Shown piece after piece: positions 12,002 to 24,499 of a stretch of 48,790 nucleotides of DNA. The notes below the pieces were generated by a model. The model had not been told where the DNA came from and did not search any database. It saw only the letters and a program-made list of their open reading frames with translations. How positions within the stretch are numbered: the stretch's first letter is position 1; each line of letters opens with the position of its first letter. The stretch comes from Macrostomum lignano. Its lineage: Eukaryota. A program made the translations under genes and the position numbers. The stretch is from assembly GCA_002269645.1 (NCBI GenBank), contig NIVC01002453.1, positions 1 to 48,790 of the forward strand. The letters run 5' to 3'.

Positions 12002-12962
12002 TAGAGAGGGTATCATAACGAAGGATTAGAGGGTATCATAAGGAAGGGTGAGAGGGCAGCTAGAGGGTATCATAACGAAGGAATAGAGGGTAGCTAGAGG
12101 GTATCATATGGAAGGGTGAGAGGGCAGCTAGAGGGTATCATAACGAAGGAATAGAGGGTAGCTGGAGGGTATCATATGGAAGGGTGAGAGGGCAGCTAGA
12201 GGGTATCATAACGAAGGAATAGAGGGTAGCTAGAGGGTATCATATGGAAGGGTGAGAGGGCAGCTAGAGGGTATCATAACGAAGGAATAGAGGGTAGCTG
12301 GAGGGTATCATAAGGAAGGGTGAGAGGGCAGCTAGAGGGTATCATAAGGAAGGATTAGAGGGCAGCTAGAGGGTATCATAAGGAAGGATGAGAGGGCAGC
12401 TAGAGGCTAGGGTATCATAAGGAAGGTTTAGAGGGCAGCTAGAGGCCGAGGGTAGCATAACGAAGGATTAGAGGGTAGCTAGAGGGTATCATGAGGAAGG
12501 ATTAGAGGGTAGCTAGAGATTATTACAAGAAATGATAAGGGCAGTTAGAGGGTATCATAAGGATTAGAGGGCAGTTAGAGGGTATCATAAGGAAGGATTA
12601 GAGGGTAGCTATAGAGATTATTTTAAGAAATGATAAGGGCAGTTTGAGGGTATCAAGGATTAGAGGGCAGTTAGAGGGTATCATAAGGAAGGATTAGAGG
12701 GTAGCTATAGAGATTATTATAAGAAATGATAAGGGCAGCTAGAGGGTATCATAAGGATTAGAGGGTAGCTAGAGGGTATCATAACGAAGGATTAGAGGGT
12801 AGCTAGATGGTATCATAAGAATTAGAGAGCAGTTAGTGGGTATCATAAGGAAGGGTTTGAGGGTAGCTAGAGGGTATCATAAGGATTAGAGGGCAGTTAG
12901 AGGGTATCACAAGGAAGGGTTTGAGGGCAGCTAGAGGGTAGCATAAAGAAGGATGAGAGGGC
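12002..12962. repeat. Minisatellite, 34-bp unit, partly organised as a 68-bp A/B dimer
   Basis: AGAGGGTATCATAACGAAGGAATAGAGGGTAGCT alternates with AGAGGGTATCATATGGAAGGGTGAGAGGGCAGCT at about 12060-12330, then degenerates. Confidence 0.95.
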
Positions 12963-14899
12963 ATGCAGCTAGGAGAGGGTACGAGTATCATCAGGCGAAT
13001 GCCATGCAAATTGTGCGAACATAATTTTTGCCACTCTGACCTTCGATGGCGGCATAAACGAATCGTAAACTCAATATACCTTCAACCAAAGCCCCAATCG
13101 CTAAAACAAATGTGTGCAATTTCTGTTTTAAAAGATCCACTTTTTTCGTACGGGCACTGCCTGCAAGTAGTAACTTCAAATTCATAATCGAGGACCCAGT
13201 GTGTACCTACAACACGTGCAGTATCCATTGTAAGCCATTTGTTTCGCTCAAAAGCGAAACTGTCGGCCCGGCTAGTGGTTTTACTGACAATGACCAGTAA
13301 TTGGTTCATTGCTCGTAAAAAGTACTTTCTCTATATGAATATTTTTCCTTCAAGTTCAAACCGACTTTACAAATTTTACGATTATTAATTTAAATAATAG
13401 TTCTCAATGATTTCTTCGTTCTAACAGTCAATAACTACCAAGATCGAAGCCATCTTGACGATGCAGAAGTTACTCAGATGACAGATGATAATAAAGTTAC
13501 TAACTGCAGACAGGCAGTGCCCGATGGAAATAGAAGTTGAAAGTTAATATTTAGCCCTATAATGTATAGCAGCTGATGAATATTTCAACCTTAGATCTGA
13601 TCTTTCATTCAGTCGATAAGACTCGGCAAAGTCTAGCTTGTTAATTGATATGCGATTGAGAACGGTGGACGCGAGTTCAGAAACTCTCAACGGCTCTTAG
13701 GGCTAGACTAAGTAGGATTTTGGAGACCGTGCAAGGATCGACGGCGAACTGCAGCCAGTCGATTAGCAGTGCTTCTTAATACTACCTAGCCACAGATAAT
13801 ACGCTATAGAGTTGACTGATAAGTGGCGCAACCAGAGATTTAGGTGAGGGGGCGGATACAAAGGGCCCACTGGTAGGCCGGCATTTCGGCAAAAATTCGG
13901 AGTCTCCTCCGAAGGGCGAATGCAACCGCCCCTGCTGACAGACAGTCAAGTGAGCCCCTTTTAAAGCTGTGCACTCGATGCGGAGCCGGTATTACTTATG
14001 AATTAATATATCGAATGTAATTTATTGAACTCTGGCGTTATGGTGACGCCAAAATCACTTTTAGCATTATTTTCATAAACTATAGTGTTACTTAAGATAT
14101 ATACACACATATCTTGTACGAGTAGACTATGCAGGAACATATGACGGCAAAATAAGATTCTTTTCCATTCCATACTTTGATTTAGAGTTAGCAAGTACAA
14201 TTAACACACAATATTTGTTCTGCTAGTAAGCAAACACTTAAACCCAGCAGATAAAATTATGAAATCCGACTGATCCATTGAGCACCAAGCAGATCTCTGG
14301 TCACCGCGGATACGAACTTGGTAACGACTTTGACGCTGGCAAGACCGATCAACGACCGCTAGTTCGACTCGACTTGAGCTGCAGGTGTCTCACACTGTGA
14401 AATCAGGGTTTAAAATGTCAATTCAGGTAGTTAGAATAAAGGACATTCACTTTTAATCCTACTTGAATTAAAAACATTTAAAATCTACGTATAGTTGATT
14501 AAATGACGCACCAGTTCCCTATCAGTAATAGTGACTAAATGGCAAACACCTCTGAGGCTTCTTAATCATCTTAAACTAATCGACATAGTAAAATGAGCGA
14601 CAGTCGCTTTTGCTGTCCCGACCAAAATAATTGTCCTTTTTGGACAGAAATAATTTACTAAGCTATCGATTTCTTACGTTAACTTTAAATTTCATCATAA
14701 ACAGTAGTACTAATACTGGTAAATAATCAAACCAGAATCCTAACGGGCGATAAGTAGTAGATAGCTTTGCATGGTCTTATCTCAAGCTCATTCTATCGTA
14801 TCTCATTCCACTTTTGATCATCGTCAGGAACCTAACCCCACTTTGGTGTGCGAATCGGAGGCGTTATCGCTCCGCTACTCAGCCGCAATGTTTCAAATA

Positions 14900-15994
14900 C
14901 GTGGAGCTTACTGAAAGTTTTGAGATACAACTGACTCATAAGTCACAACTGCACGTCTTTTCATGTACATACTCAGCCACAGTTCAGATGCTTGTGTATA
15001 AATTTTCAGCCTCTGTGCTTGTAGATTTTTCACGATCACTCTTTAAAGTTAACACCCCTTACCAAGCTGTACTCGCTCTGAAGGAATTGACAAACTGCGA
15101 CTTTCGTGCTTATGATCGTTTACGACCAGCGAAATGGTCTCACGCAGAAGCAGTGCTTTAAGAGTTTACATACTGCTTTCGGAGACCAAAACCCTTGGTC
15201 AGCTTTCGGTGGTAGTGTAAGTGGAGCCGAAAGTCTCGATGACGAACCTCGCACGGGACGCCCAGCTACTGCTGTCACCGACGAAAACATCGCTGCTGTC
15301 CGGAGAATGATCGATGAGGACCGGCGAGTAACCTGTGCCAAGATCAGAGAGGCTCTCTTGAAATTGGATCGGCAGTAGCTAGAACCATCCTGTACAAGCT
15401 TGGAGCCTCCTGGAACCTGACAGAGTACTAGAAGGCGGACAGGGTGCGTTGGTGCAAGTTCATTCCTGGCATGAAGCGAGTCTGGGAGATAATCAGAAGT
15501 GATGAGACCTGGGTCTACCAGAACGACCGGAAACCAAGCTGCAGTCCGCCGTTTGGCTCCTTCCGGAAGATACTCGTACCACCCCGACAAAAGTCAAGCG
15601 GGTCCCGCAGCGCCGGGAAGCAGATGGTCGCGACTTTTTAGCCAGGCTGCTGCACCACAACGCCAGTGCGCAGACTGCTACGACATTGGCAATGGCATTT
15701 CTGACCCGAGAATGGAGTCCAGCTGGTGAAATATTCCCCCACGGAGCATCAACTTCTTTCTCTTCCCCTTGGTTGTCAACTTTGTGGAACTTGTTCTGAA
15801 CCCGGAAGCAGCGAGAATCGAGTTCCAGTTAGTGGTTTCAGCAGTGTCAGAAGAACAATAGACTGGAGCCTGGACTCAGTGGTTTCACCGGATGAGAAAA
15901 TGTGTACAAGCTGGTGGCAACTACTTTGAAAAATCGACTAAATTTTGTTGACTCTTGGTTTCGGTGCACCTCAAAACGTTCAGTAAACTCCTCG
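14900..15994 (+). mobile_element. Defective mariner (Tc1/mariner) transposon, both TIRs present
   Basis: TA|CGTGGAGCTTACTGAAAGTTTTGAG at left; CTCAAAACGTTCAGTAAACTCCTCG|TA at right. Frameshifted transposase pieces LDDEPRTGRPATAVTDENIAAVRRMIDEDRRVT and IIRSDETWVY. Confidence 0.9.
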
Positions 15995-17813
15995 TATAAG
16001 TCCACAGTAAATGAACTTTTGACTTATTTGGTGCATGTATGATCGATACAATAACGCTTTTGATATATCTCAGCTTCAATTTGAATTTCATTGCATAAAC
16101 TAAATAATTGCTTACGATTCAATACACTCGATACGCCGCCTCGAACTTGCAGTTAGTCGGAAAAGAAACTTAGTTTCGAACGATGATTGGCTGTGGCCGG
16201 GGCTGTAGCTGTGCGATTTAGTTTTGATTAAACCGAAGAGACCTCAACTGCATAGTTTGGACAGTCGTTCTTGAGCTGCTCTCCAAACGGCGAGCCAAGT
16301 TACTAACGCGACATTCATTAATGCCACATCGACATTCGATGCAGAAGCCGTCCTTGTTGGTCAACAATTTTGGCCCTGAACCCGATAAAAGCACTTTAAC
16401 GAGAGTAATGTCTGTTCTTTTTGCAGTAATAAAATCTTTCAAAGTACAGCTTCGAAGCTGGCACACTATTGGGGTGAAACTTGCATAGAGGTTAGAAGAC
16501 TAAATAAACTGGGTTCTTATCCTGTGGTGTCGAATCAAACGAATACAAAGACTAATCTTTGCGTTGGTTTTTGTGCCATTGGTAGTTTGGAATCATAGAA
16601 ACAAAAAAACCAAATATTTTAAGCGTCGATTGCCAAAGCATGCTGCTAGCAAGCCAAAGGTTTAAAAACTTTAAGTTAAACGAGAGTTTCTCAACAGCTA
16701 TAGATAAAATTTGGACAATCGGAGAAAAAATACTTTTATAGTCTGACTTTTTGCATAAGAGAAAGTCTTTAAAGAGAAGCTTGTTTTATACTGTTTTAAA
16801 TAATGGTGAATGAAGCCTAAAACAATATACCTAGCTATCATTAATGGCTCTTTGCAATGTGTGAAATGTTGAATCAGTGCAATCACTTCAGCTGTAGATC
16901 TCGACAAATCTGTGCAAAAGTAGAATAAGGACGGTATTAGTTAATGCGTGACCAACTTCTATTATGTAGAAAGCATTTAAGAACTAGCAGAAATCAACTC
17001 ACCGAACTAAAATAACGAATAGAATGTTGAGCACTTAAATCTAAAATATGATTCAAAGTAATTCGATTAGGCGATTGGCAGCGAATAAGAATATTTTTAG
17101 CCATAAAAAGGATACTTACATTTGGAGGTCGTAAAACTTAAACAGCTTAAATGCTAGCTATGAATAGTTTAGATTACAATATACTTTTAAGATTACAATG
17201 GGATTTGATTTGAAACCGAACTGGCTTCCTAATCTATACTTACTACAATCTATTATACAACATTTTAGAGAACAGCCAATAGAAAGATTGAAGACAATGT
17301 GATATATTTAAAGCAATTAATCTTGAATTAGTAGCAACGGCAACGTTCAAGGGAATGTATTTAAACTAGTCGGCAGAATTAGCATAAAAGTATATACTCG
17401 GTAGAAGGATTGCTTGAAATGAAACTATACAATCAGGCGATAAATTTGACAAAGTACAGAGCAAGAATTTTAATTAAATTATTAGAATTAGTCCCAAAAC
17501 TTGAGACTAGACTTAGGAATAAGTAAAGTAATAAAACATATTCCGCACAGCCAGCTGAAAACAAAAGGAAATTGCTACTCAAGTGGAAATGATATACAGG
17601 ACACAAAAAATCAAACAATAAAAGTGCATCCAAGCTTAACAGAAAAAAACAGCTCGAGACAGACCAGAATAGGCGATGTGTAAAAATGTTTAAAAACCTA
17701 CTCAAGATTGATAAAAACTTGTGCATATCAGATACACAAAGCATTCAGTGCGGGGCATTTTTAGGTAATTACTACACAGATGCGCAACTCTCGAATTACC
17801 TCAGTATCTACTG

Positions 17814-17814
<1 letters not shown>

Positions 17815-17844
<30 letters not shown>
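17815..17844. repeat. (CA)n microsatellite
   Basis: 15 CA units. Confidence 0.95.
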
Positions 17845-17847
<3 letters not shown>

Positions 17848-18081
17848 ACTAGCTAATTTCGCTTCTTTAATGATTGGCATAGAGTAAAATTAGTACAAGA
17901 CAAACGAGCTAATTAAACCATGCCAATCATACAGTAATCACATTGCTTACTTTCAAAGCAGTTAAAGAAATGCGATTAAATGTTGTGACAGAACATGTCT
18001 TACTAATAAAAACGATTTTTGCCTTTGCTAAAGACATAGCGCTCATCATTAAGGCTATATGAGATGCCAGCTGGAGAATAA

Positions 18082-18335
18082 TTATGCACTATCCAAACTA
18101 GCAAAAAATTTTGTAGCGCTAGTAAGCAACAGAAGCAGGGGCACAAGCAATCTAGCAACGCTAGGACCGGCAAAAGCGGCATTGCAGCCGTGCTTATTAT
18201 TGCAATGACAGAAGCGCATTTTCACGCGCAGGGTGCCCAATCGTTCGATGCACCAGCGACCCTCCTCGGCGCCAATATCGCCATGGATGGCGCAGTCGCG
18301 AATGTAGCGCCGATCCCAGGAGCCGTCGTAATAAG
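18082..18335 (-). CDS. Quiver/sleepless-like Ly6/uPAR (three-finger) GPI-anchored protein, last exon
   Basis: Acceptor aaaaactcgcag|CT (phase 1). Translates (T)YYDGSWDRRYIRDCAIHGDIGAEEGRWCIERLGTLRVKMRFCHCNNKHGCNAAFAGPSVARLLVPLLLLLTSATKFFASLDSA-stop: CxC...GCN end of an LU domain plus a hydrophobic GPI signal. Confidence 0.85.
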
Positions 18336-18562
18336 CTGCGAGTTTTTGTAATAAATTTCAGTTAAAACTGATAGTACTACTCTGTAGCTACTACTATCAA
18401 ATTAAGCACAGCTACTACAAGCTTTAAATTCCAAACAGCAGTCCAGACCGCTGAGCAATATCCAACAACTTAGAATAAGTACACAAAAAACGCCTAAAGT
18501 AATTTTCCTCATAATATCCAGTGTGTAAAAGACAGTTGAAGAACAATTAAGAGTTTACTCAC

Positions 18563-18706
18563 TCTCTTGAATTATTTTTCTACACAGACGATGCGCGGGG
18601 CTGGGACAGGGTTCAACTAATCGGGTGCGGTTGTCAAAGAAGTCTGAACATTTATGATCCAGAAAGGAGTTGCAGATGTAGCAATGGAATAGCGTCTCGT
18701 TGTTCT
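18563..18706 (-). CDS. Quiver/sleepless-like Ly6 protein, internal exon
   Basis: ccattttag|AG...GAG A|gtgagt. Encodes NNETLFHCYICNSFLDHKCSDFFDNRTRLVEPCPSPAHRLCRKIIQE and splices in phase to the 18335 exon; 10 Cys in total. Confidence 0.85.
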
Positions 18707-19599
18707 CTAAAATGGAATATTTACAAGCCTTTTGTGATTATTTGTACTTTGCTTTATGAAAAATAACTTTGTTGGACAACTGCCATATGAAGAGCTACCA
18801 AATATTCAAAACTCAAAAAGAGTTTGTTAGGTACATATAAAAGATATATTTATCAAAATTTTAGCACATAATGATTTATCCTATATAGGACCAAATATCT
18901 GTTGTAAATAAAGTATATTTACTTTTAATACAACTTAAACTAGCTTAAGCAATGTAGATAAAATATTATTGCAAGCTATACAAAATTTAAAAGGCTCTTG
19001 GCAGTTATAAATGCTATAGCAGTTATATTACAATTTGATTTGCAAGAAGGTTGATCATATCAGTTGGTCTTCCTTTAGCTCCTAAATCACACTTAGGTCT
19101 AAGGCAGGGGTCCCAAACCTAATGTTAACAGCAGGCTACATTATTTAAGATTAGCTAAGATGCATGGGCCACAAAAAAAGTAAATGGCTTCATTTTTTCA
19201 GCTTGCCTATGCACTATCACCAAGACTAAAAATGACTTGGCAGGTCACATGCAATTCAAAATTGAAAAGAGGGACCATAGAAGTGGATCACAGAAATGGC
19301 CCACAGACTGCAGGTTGGAGAGGTCTAAGGACTTAGGATTGAATAACTAAGCAAGTTCTATCCTTATTGGACCAAATACAAATAGTGTCTTTTGTGGATA
19401 GATAAATCAGTTAATAGAAATGTCCAATTAAACATATTTAAAATCCACAACCTGAGAAATAATCAAATATCAAATTGCATAAAAACATGTTTCTTTTGCT
19501 CAAAGAATAAAATGGAATGATGTTAGGCTAACTAAGAAAATATGTTCTTATAATCCTTTTGAAACTACACAATTTAGATTAAGTTTGCCTAACAAGGTC

Positions 19600-20090
19600 A
19601 ACATATTTTTTAAATTCCAATAAGGAGTTCCACTTTAGCTTAATAACTAACACAACTGTCCCCATTGGGGGTCCAATACCAATTCCATTTTATAGTTTTA
19701 CCTTCTGCATAAATTCCTTACAAAGGAATATAATTCAAAAATACAGTCACAACTGTCCCTTGGATCATTAAATATTCTGTTTGGTCAATTAAATTCTCAT
19801 TGACTCAAGGATTCTCCTATTTAGTCAATAAATATTTCATTTTGTCTTAAGTTTCCCACTTAAACAATTTTTTTACTTATTTGAAATCTCCCTTACAATG
19901 TCAAGGAATCCCCAAAATATATAGGAAATTCATATATTAGTCCATAAATCCCTTGAAAATTGATAAAGTGAGGACACCCTGTAAGGTCTTTAGCCATTCA
20001 TATAGATGAAATGACCACCCAAAAGGTTGATAATTTGTCACAATTCAAGCAATAATTTAAGATTTAGTGTAAGAAGTAAATGATAAATAA
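19600..20090 (-). pseudogene. Possible heavily decayed Gypsy-like reverse transcriptase remnant
   Basis: Fragmented minus-strand translation LTLNLK...LYEWLKTLQG...FKGFMD...FLDIV...WYWTP loosely follows the order of Gypsy RT motifs. Many stops and frameshifts. Confidence 0.3.
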
Positions 20091-21756
20091 CAAGTTATTT
20101 TTGAAATCAACTTTGATAAACTATGCATAGGAAGTTAACATATGAAACAATGAGAAAAATATTCATAATGGATAGAAATGAATAATACTGTGCTTGATTA
20201 GCCTTTTAAAAATTTTCAATTCAATTCTAGCTCTAAACAGGTTGGTACTTGTTATGATGAATACAATTTACTTGCATTGGAATTCAAATCAAAGATAATT
20301 ATCATATATAACAATATTTAATGCAGAAAGCATTTAAAAAATACATTTTGAAAGATTCTACAAGATGTCTGAATTTGCAAAGTTGTCAATAATGCTTGGC
20401 AATACTTTTAATAAACATACGAGTATGACATACACCTTCATAGGAGCACTTATTTGGTGATTGCCAGAAGTGCTCTTATTATCAGAGGAACAAGAACCAC
20501 AAACTATCACTCCATTTCGTTCAATTGCAATGGCACATTTAGCCAGATTAATCTAGAACAACCCAAGGTCAAATCAAAGTTGAACAAGCTCTTAATTGAT
20601 ATGAGCAAAGTATTGATAAATATAGCCAATCAGACATCAAATCATTTGTTTGCAGGTAACTTATCTGACATCCACAGAAGCTTCAATACAAGTTTTGTGG
20701 AAGAACTTATGTGTGACATACTAAAGACATACTAGGCAGGCAAGTGTATGCATATTAAAGAGGCAGTTGGGAGATAGGGACTTATACATTATTCTTATAT
20801 TTTAATATATTTTGAAATTTTATCAAATGAAACAGATGTTGATTCAAATTTACAAGTTTATAGACAAATATTTGCATTGAAAATTTTTGGAGTTTTGACT
20901 ACTAGTAGATCACAACCTGAGTAGTACCACATTCTATAAAAATCATGTTCTAGTTCTCCATGTTCTATAGATAATGCCAATACCAATGATAAATAAACTT
21001 CACAACCTTTTTTAGAAAGTGACATTTTCAGGACTTTATTACATCAAATTGAAACATTTCAATATACTTGTCTAAATTTAGGTTTTTATATAGACTTTAT
21101 TTATAATATGTATATCATTTATACTAAATATCTTCAATGAACAGTGTGAACTTTAAATAAGGTTTCTAGAAAGAAAAAAGTAAAACAAAATTCTTTTGTT
21201 TATATTTCTTTGCTATTTGTCTAAATTTGAAAACAATTTCTAATAAGAATTTTTTATCAAATGGTGCATAGAAGTTAAAATAGAAATAAAATCTGAGCAA
21301 ATTATAAATTAGAATTATAAACAAAATACTAAGAGCTAAGAATTTAAAATTTAGCTACTTGTTGACTTGGGAAGCCTCAGTTAGATATGCATTTTATTTC
21401 ATTTTCAATTTTAGCTAGGCTCAATATGTTATTATACAGAACATTTTAGTATATAGAAATCTTAGATCTTCAAAAAATGTGCACTATATAGGTTTATAAC
21501 AGCAAGAGAAAATATAAATTCAAAGCTTCTGCCTTAGCATCTTTAGAAAAATGATAAAATCCAAGCATTTAAAATGTATGGGTTGGAGAAATATTGTGCA
21601 ACTCACTGCCTTGCATAGTAACATATAGGTTATGATACAACTCACATTTTTGGCAATCAATAAAAATCTCAGCCAGCTAAGAAAATATGACCTTTAAAAA
21701 TAAGGCTAAAAATCCAAGCTTTTCATATATGCACAACTTTGGAAATTACCTGGCTG

Positions 21757-21860
21757 TTTCTATTTGTAACACACATATGTAAGTTGCTATTGGCTGAGAA
21801 TAGTCACGTGACTACTGTTCTGTCCAATAGCGACTTACATGTGTGTGTTGCCAAAAGAAA
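21757..21860. repeat. Imperfect ~104-bp palindrome centred on TAGTCACGTGACTA
   Basis: Left arm TTTCTATTTGTAACACACATATGTAAGTTGCTATTGG pairs with right arm CCAATAGCGACTTACATGTGTGTGTTGCCAAAAGAAA. Confidence 0.85.
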
Positions 21861-23220
21861 TGGCCAAGTGAAAATGGCCAAGCAAGGTTGCACCCAAGCA
21901 TGAAGCTTTTTTAACCTTTGATCTCTTTAAAAAAGAGCAATTCTCTTTTTAGTCAAGAGAACCATACCAATTTGCAAGAATTACTAATTGAATAGTGCAA
22001 GTTTCAAAAATAAATAGTAAGATAAATTATTGTAATATATAAATATACATAAAAATACTTAGACCAAGGGTAAATTATAAATTTGAAAACCCTTTAAAAA
22101 CTATTTACCTTTCGAATAATATTTGATTCAAACAAAATTAATTTATTGTTTTTAGGTCATTTGCAAAACTTGATTATACTTTTAGTAAAAACTGAATTGT
22201 ATAACCAATGTAATATATTCTCAATGAGAATTGAAAAAAATTTTTTTTGATTGGCTGATTTTGTTATATATTGTATTTGGACCCCTTTCTTTGGTATGTC
22301 ACAATTGGTTGGAGTGGATTGGTTGTATTAATGCTGTCTGGTATAGGACCCTAGGGCTTATGCCAAGCAGTCTAAATATAATGAGAATTGCTGGCGGTAA
22401 GCAGGGGGTACGCAACCTTGCAATTTAAAATAGACCTTCAAACAGAATACTGACTATCGAAAATTACCTACTTAGCTAATCACGCCACCTGCTTTTGATG
22501 AGTCATCCATACACTGAGTTGATCATTGCCAATAAGTTTATGTTTGAGTTACTATTTTCGGAATTGTACTGGACTTGGGAACAGTGTTTGGGAAGTTTAG
22601 GGACAGACTGTCAACACTTCTTGATGCAACCTCCACTCAGAACCAAAGCTCAGTCCAGCCAGCGGACTAAAGCAAACTTGCGCTTGCCTGCTGGGAGTTC
22701 TCTTAATTTGATTAGACAGTCTAACACAATAATACTAATTAGCTAATTAGCTAACAAGGCATTCAGTCATTATAATACCATTATAATTATTCTTGCCATT
22801 TACCCAAACATGTTAACTTTTTTGATCAAAAAGTAAATCATATTTATATATCCAATATTAAACATGTATAGTAAAACAAAATTTTACTAGCTTCCTATAG
22901 GGCTAGAAATTTTTCAGTTTTTTGTAGTCAAATATGTTTATATTCCATTGCAATTACTACCTTTTGTTATATTCCTTTAATTTGCAATGGTTTTTAATTT
23001 TTTAGAAGCATATGTTTTTCCTATTTTTAGCTTTATTTTATAAATTTAATATAAAACTTGACCATTCTGGACTAACAAACAAACAAATATTAGAGATTTA
23101 GTATATTTAGATATATAAAGTTTATCCAAGTATAACTTTTGGACTTCTTGAACTTTGGGTAGATAAAATAGTTTCAGTTTTGATAAGCTTATACTTTTAT
23201 CTTTTATAAAAAGATTACGA

Positions 23221-23285
23221 AGTTACGAAGTGGCAAACGGCAGTTACTGTTACCGAAGTGGACTGTTACCAACAATGATAACGGA
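23221..23285. repeat. 65-bp dispersed repeat, copy 1
   Basis: AGTTACGAAGTGGCAAACGGCAGTTACTGTTACCGAAGTGGACTGTTACCAACAATGATAACGGA, identical to 29405-29469. Confidence 0.9.
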
Positions 23286-24448
23286 GTTTTCTCCATTGGA
23301 ATAAGCTGACAAATTGTAGACACGTGTCTGTCGCATTTACAAAATTTTTCCATGTTGCGTCGCAGTGGAGTTTTCAGTGGGTGGGTCACGTTGCCATCGC
23401 GGAGTCCATGGTTTTGTTTGGTAGTGTTACAACACTATTGCAGTTGTCAGTCACCACAATTAATGAACATACAGTCAGAAACCGTATCCAGGTCTTCATT
23501 TTCTGGGTTTTTGTTAATATAAGTGTCATTATGTCAAGAGATGAGCTTCTTGTATTTTTTTGTTTTATCCTCTTCTTATTTGTTTCAACTTACTTTTAAA
23601 TTATTTACAATATAACATGTGAATAGATAATATTTGCTATTGCAGACTTGAAGTTACAGTTTCTTGTTCTCTAGTTTTGATTTTAACATTTTTTCACTAA
23701 TGACAAACATTGAGAATTGAGTGAACTGAACTCAGATGAAGTGACTGCTAGGCCAGTTAATAGCCTACTATGAATTATGAAAAACAAGTAACAAGTAATA
23801 CTTATTAGTTACAATGCGTGCACTGCTTTTTTAACTGCTGTACCTTTGTTGTTTTACTTTTATTGTTTTTTAATTTCATTTCTTTTTCTGCAAAATTGAA
23901 AGGAATACTCTCATCCCTTGTTTTATGGTCTCGGTCTTGGGAGTGAACTGCAGAACAGGAATTGTCAATTTAAGTGAATGCTCTCCCCCCAGTTATTTGG
24001 TTAACAGACATTGGTGTTGCGTTGCCCCCCTCTCTAGTCAACAAAATTTGGTGTCACGTTGCGCTTTTGAGGGCACAACTTTGGCACCTGTGTTGGGCAT
24101 CTGCAGGTTTTTGAAACTTATTCCAATAGAAGTTTTTGATGGTGCTGATTTCAAATTTGAACTTCATTCTTTTGTAGCTTAAAGCCAACCACAGGGGCAT
24201 GGGGAATGGGGGGTTTTAGGGTGGGGAGAATAATAGAGAATGATTTTACATACCTAAACTTCAATAGAGGCATGGAGATTTATTGAAGATTAGGTAGATA
24301 AATTTGGAGGCTAAGGGGGTCCAGAAGGGGATTGTAATAAAGCTTAATTAAATTAAAAATTCAGCAAGTTATTAAACACTTCCATTCTATGGAAAAAACT
24401 ACAATTCTATCAAAACTACATGCAATAAATATTAGCAACTATACTTAC

Positions 24449-24499
24449 CGTCAAAATGGAGAAGACAACATAGATGACAACCATGCTAGTGACAACCAT
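24449..24499 (-). CDS. Candidate signal-peptide first exon (MVVTSMVVIYVVFSILT), possibly of the quiver-like gene
   Basis: ATG plus hydrophobic run ending at consensus donor ACG|gtaagta. It is phase 0, which does not match the phase-1 acceptor at 18706 unless the adjacent AG (exon start 18704) or an unseen exon is used. Confidence 0.3.

Noticed and set aside
13821-13934. Possible hAT-type MITE (AAGTGGCG...CGCCCCTG)
   Set aside because: TIR match is only about 8 bp with mismatches and there is no 8-bp TSD.
14780-14880. CTGACGA on the minus strand as a possible hammerhead ribozyme core
   Set aside because: No properly placed stem II and GAAA. The same holds for CTGATGA at 13573 and the GAAAC...GTC motif at about 44198.
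16218-17744. Short ORFs (82, 69 and 103 aa) as possible transposase remnants
   Set aside because: No recognisable catalytic or zinc-finger motifs and no TIRs found.
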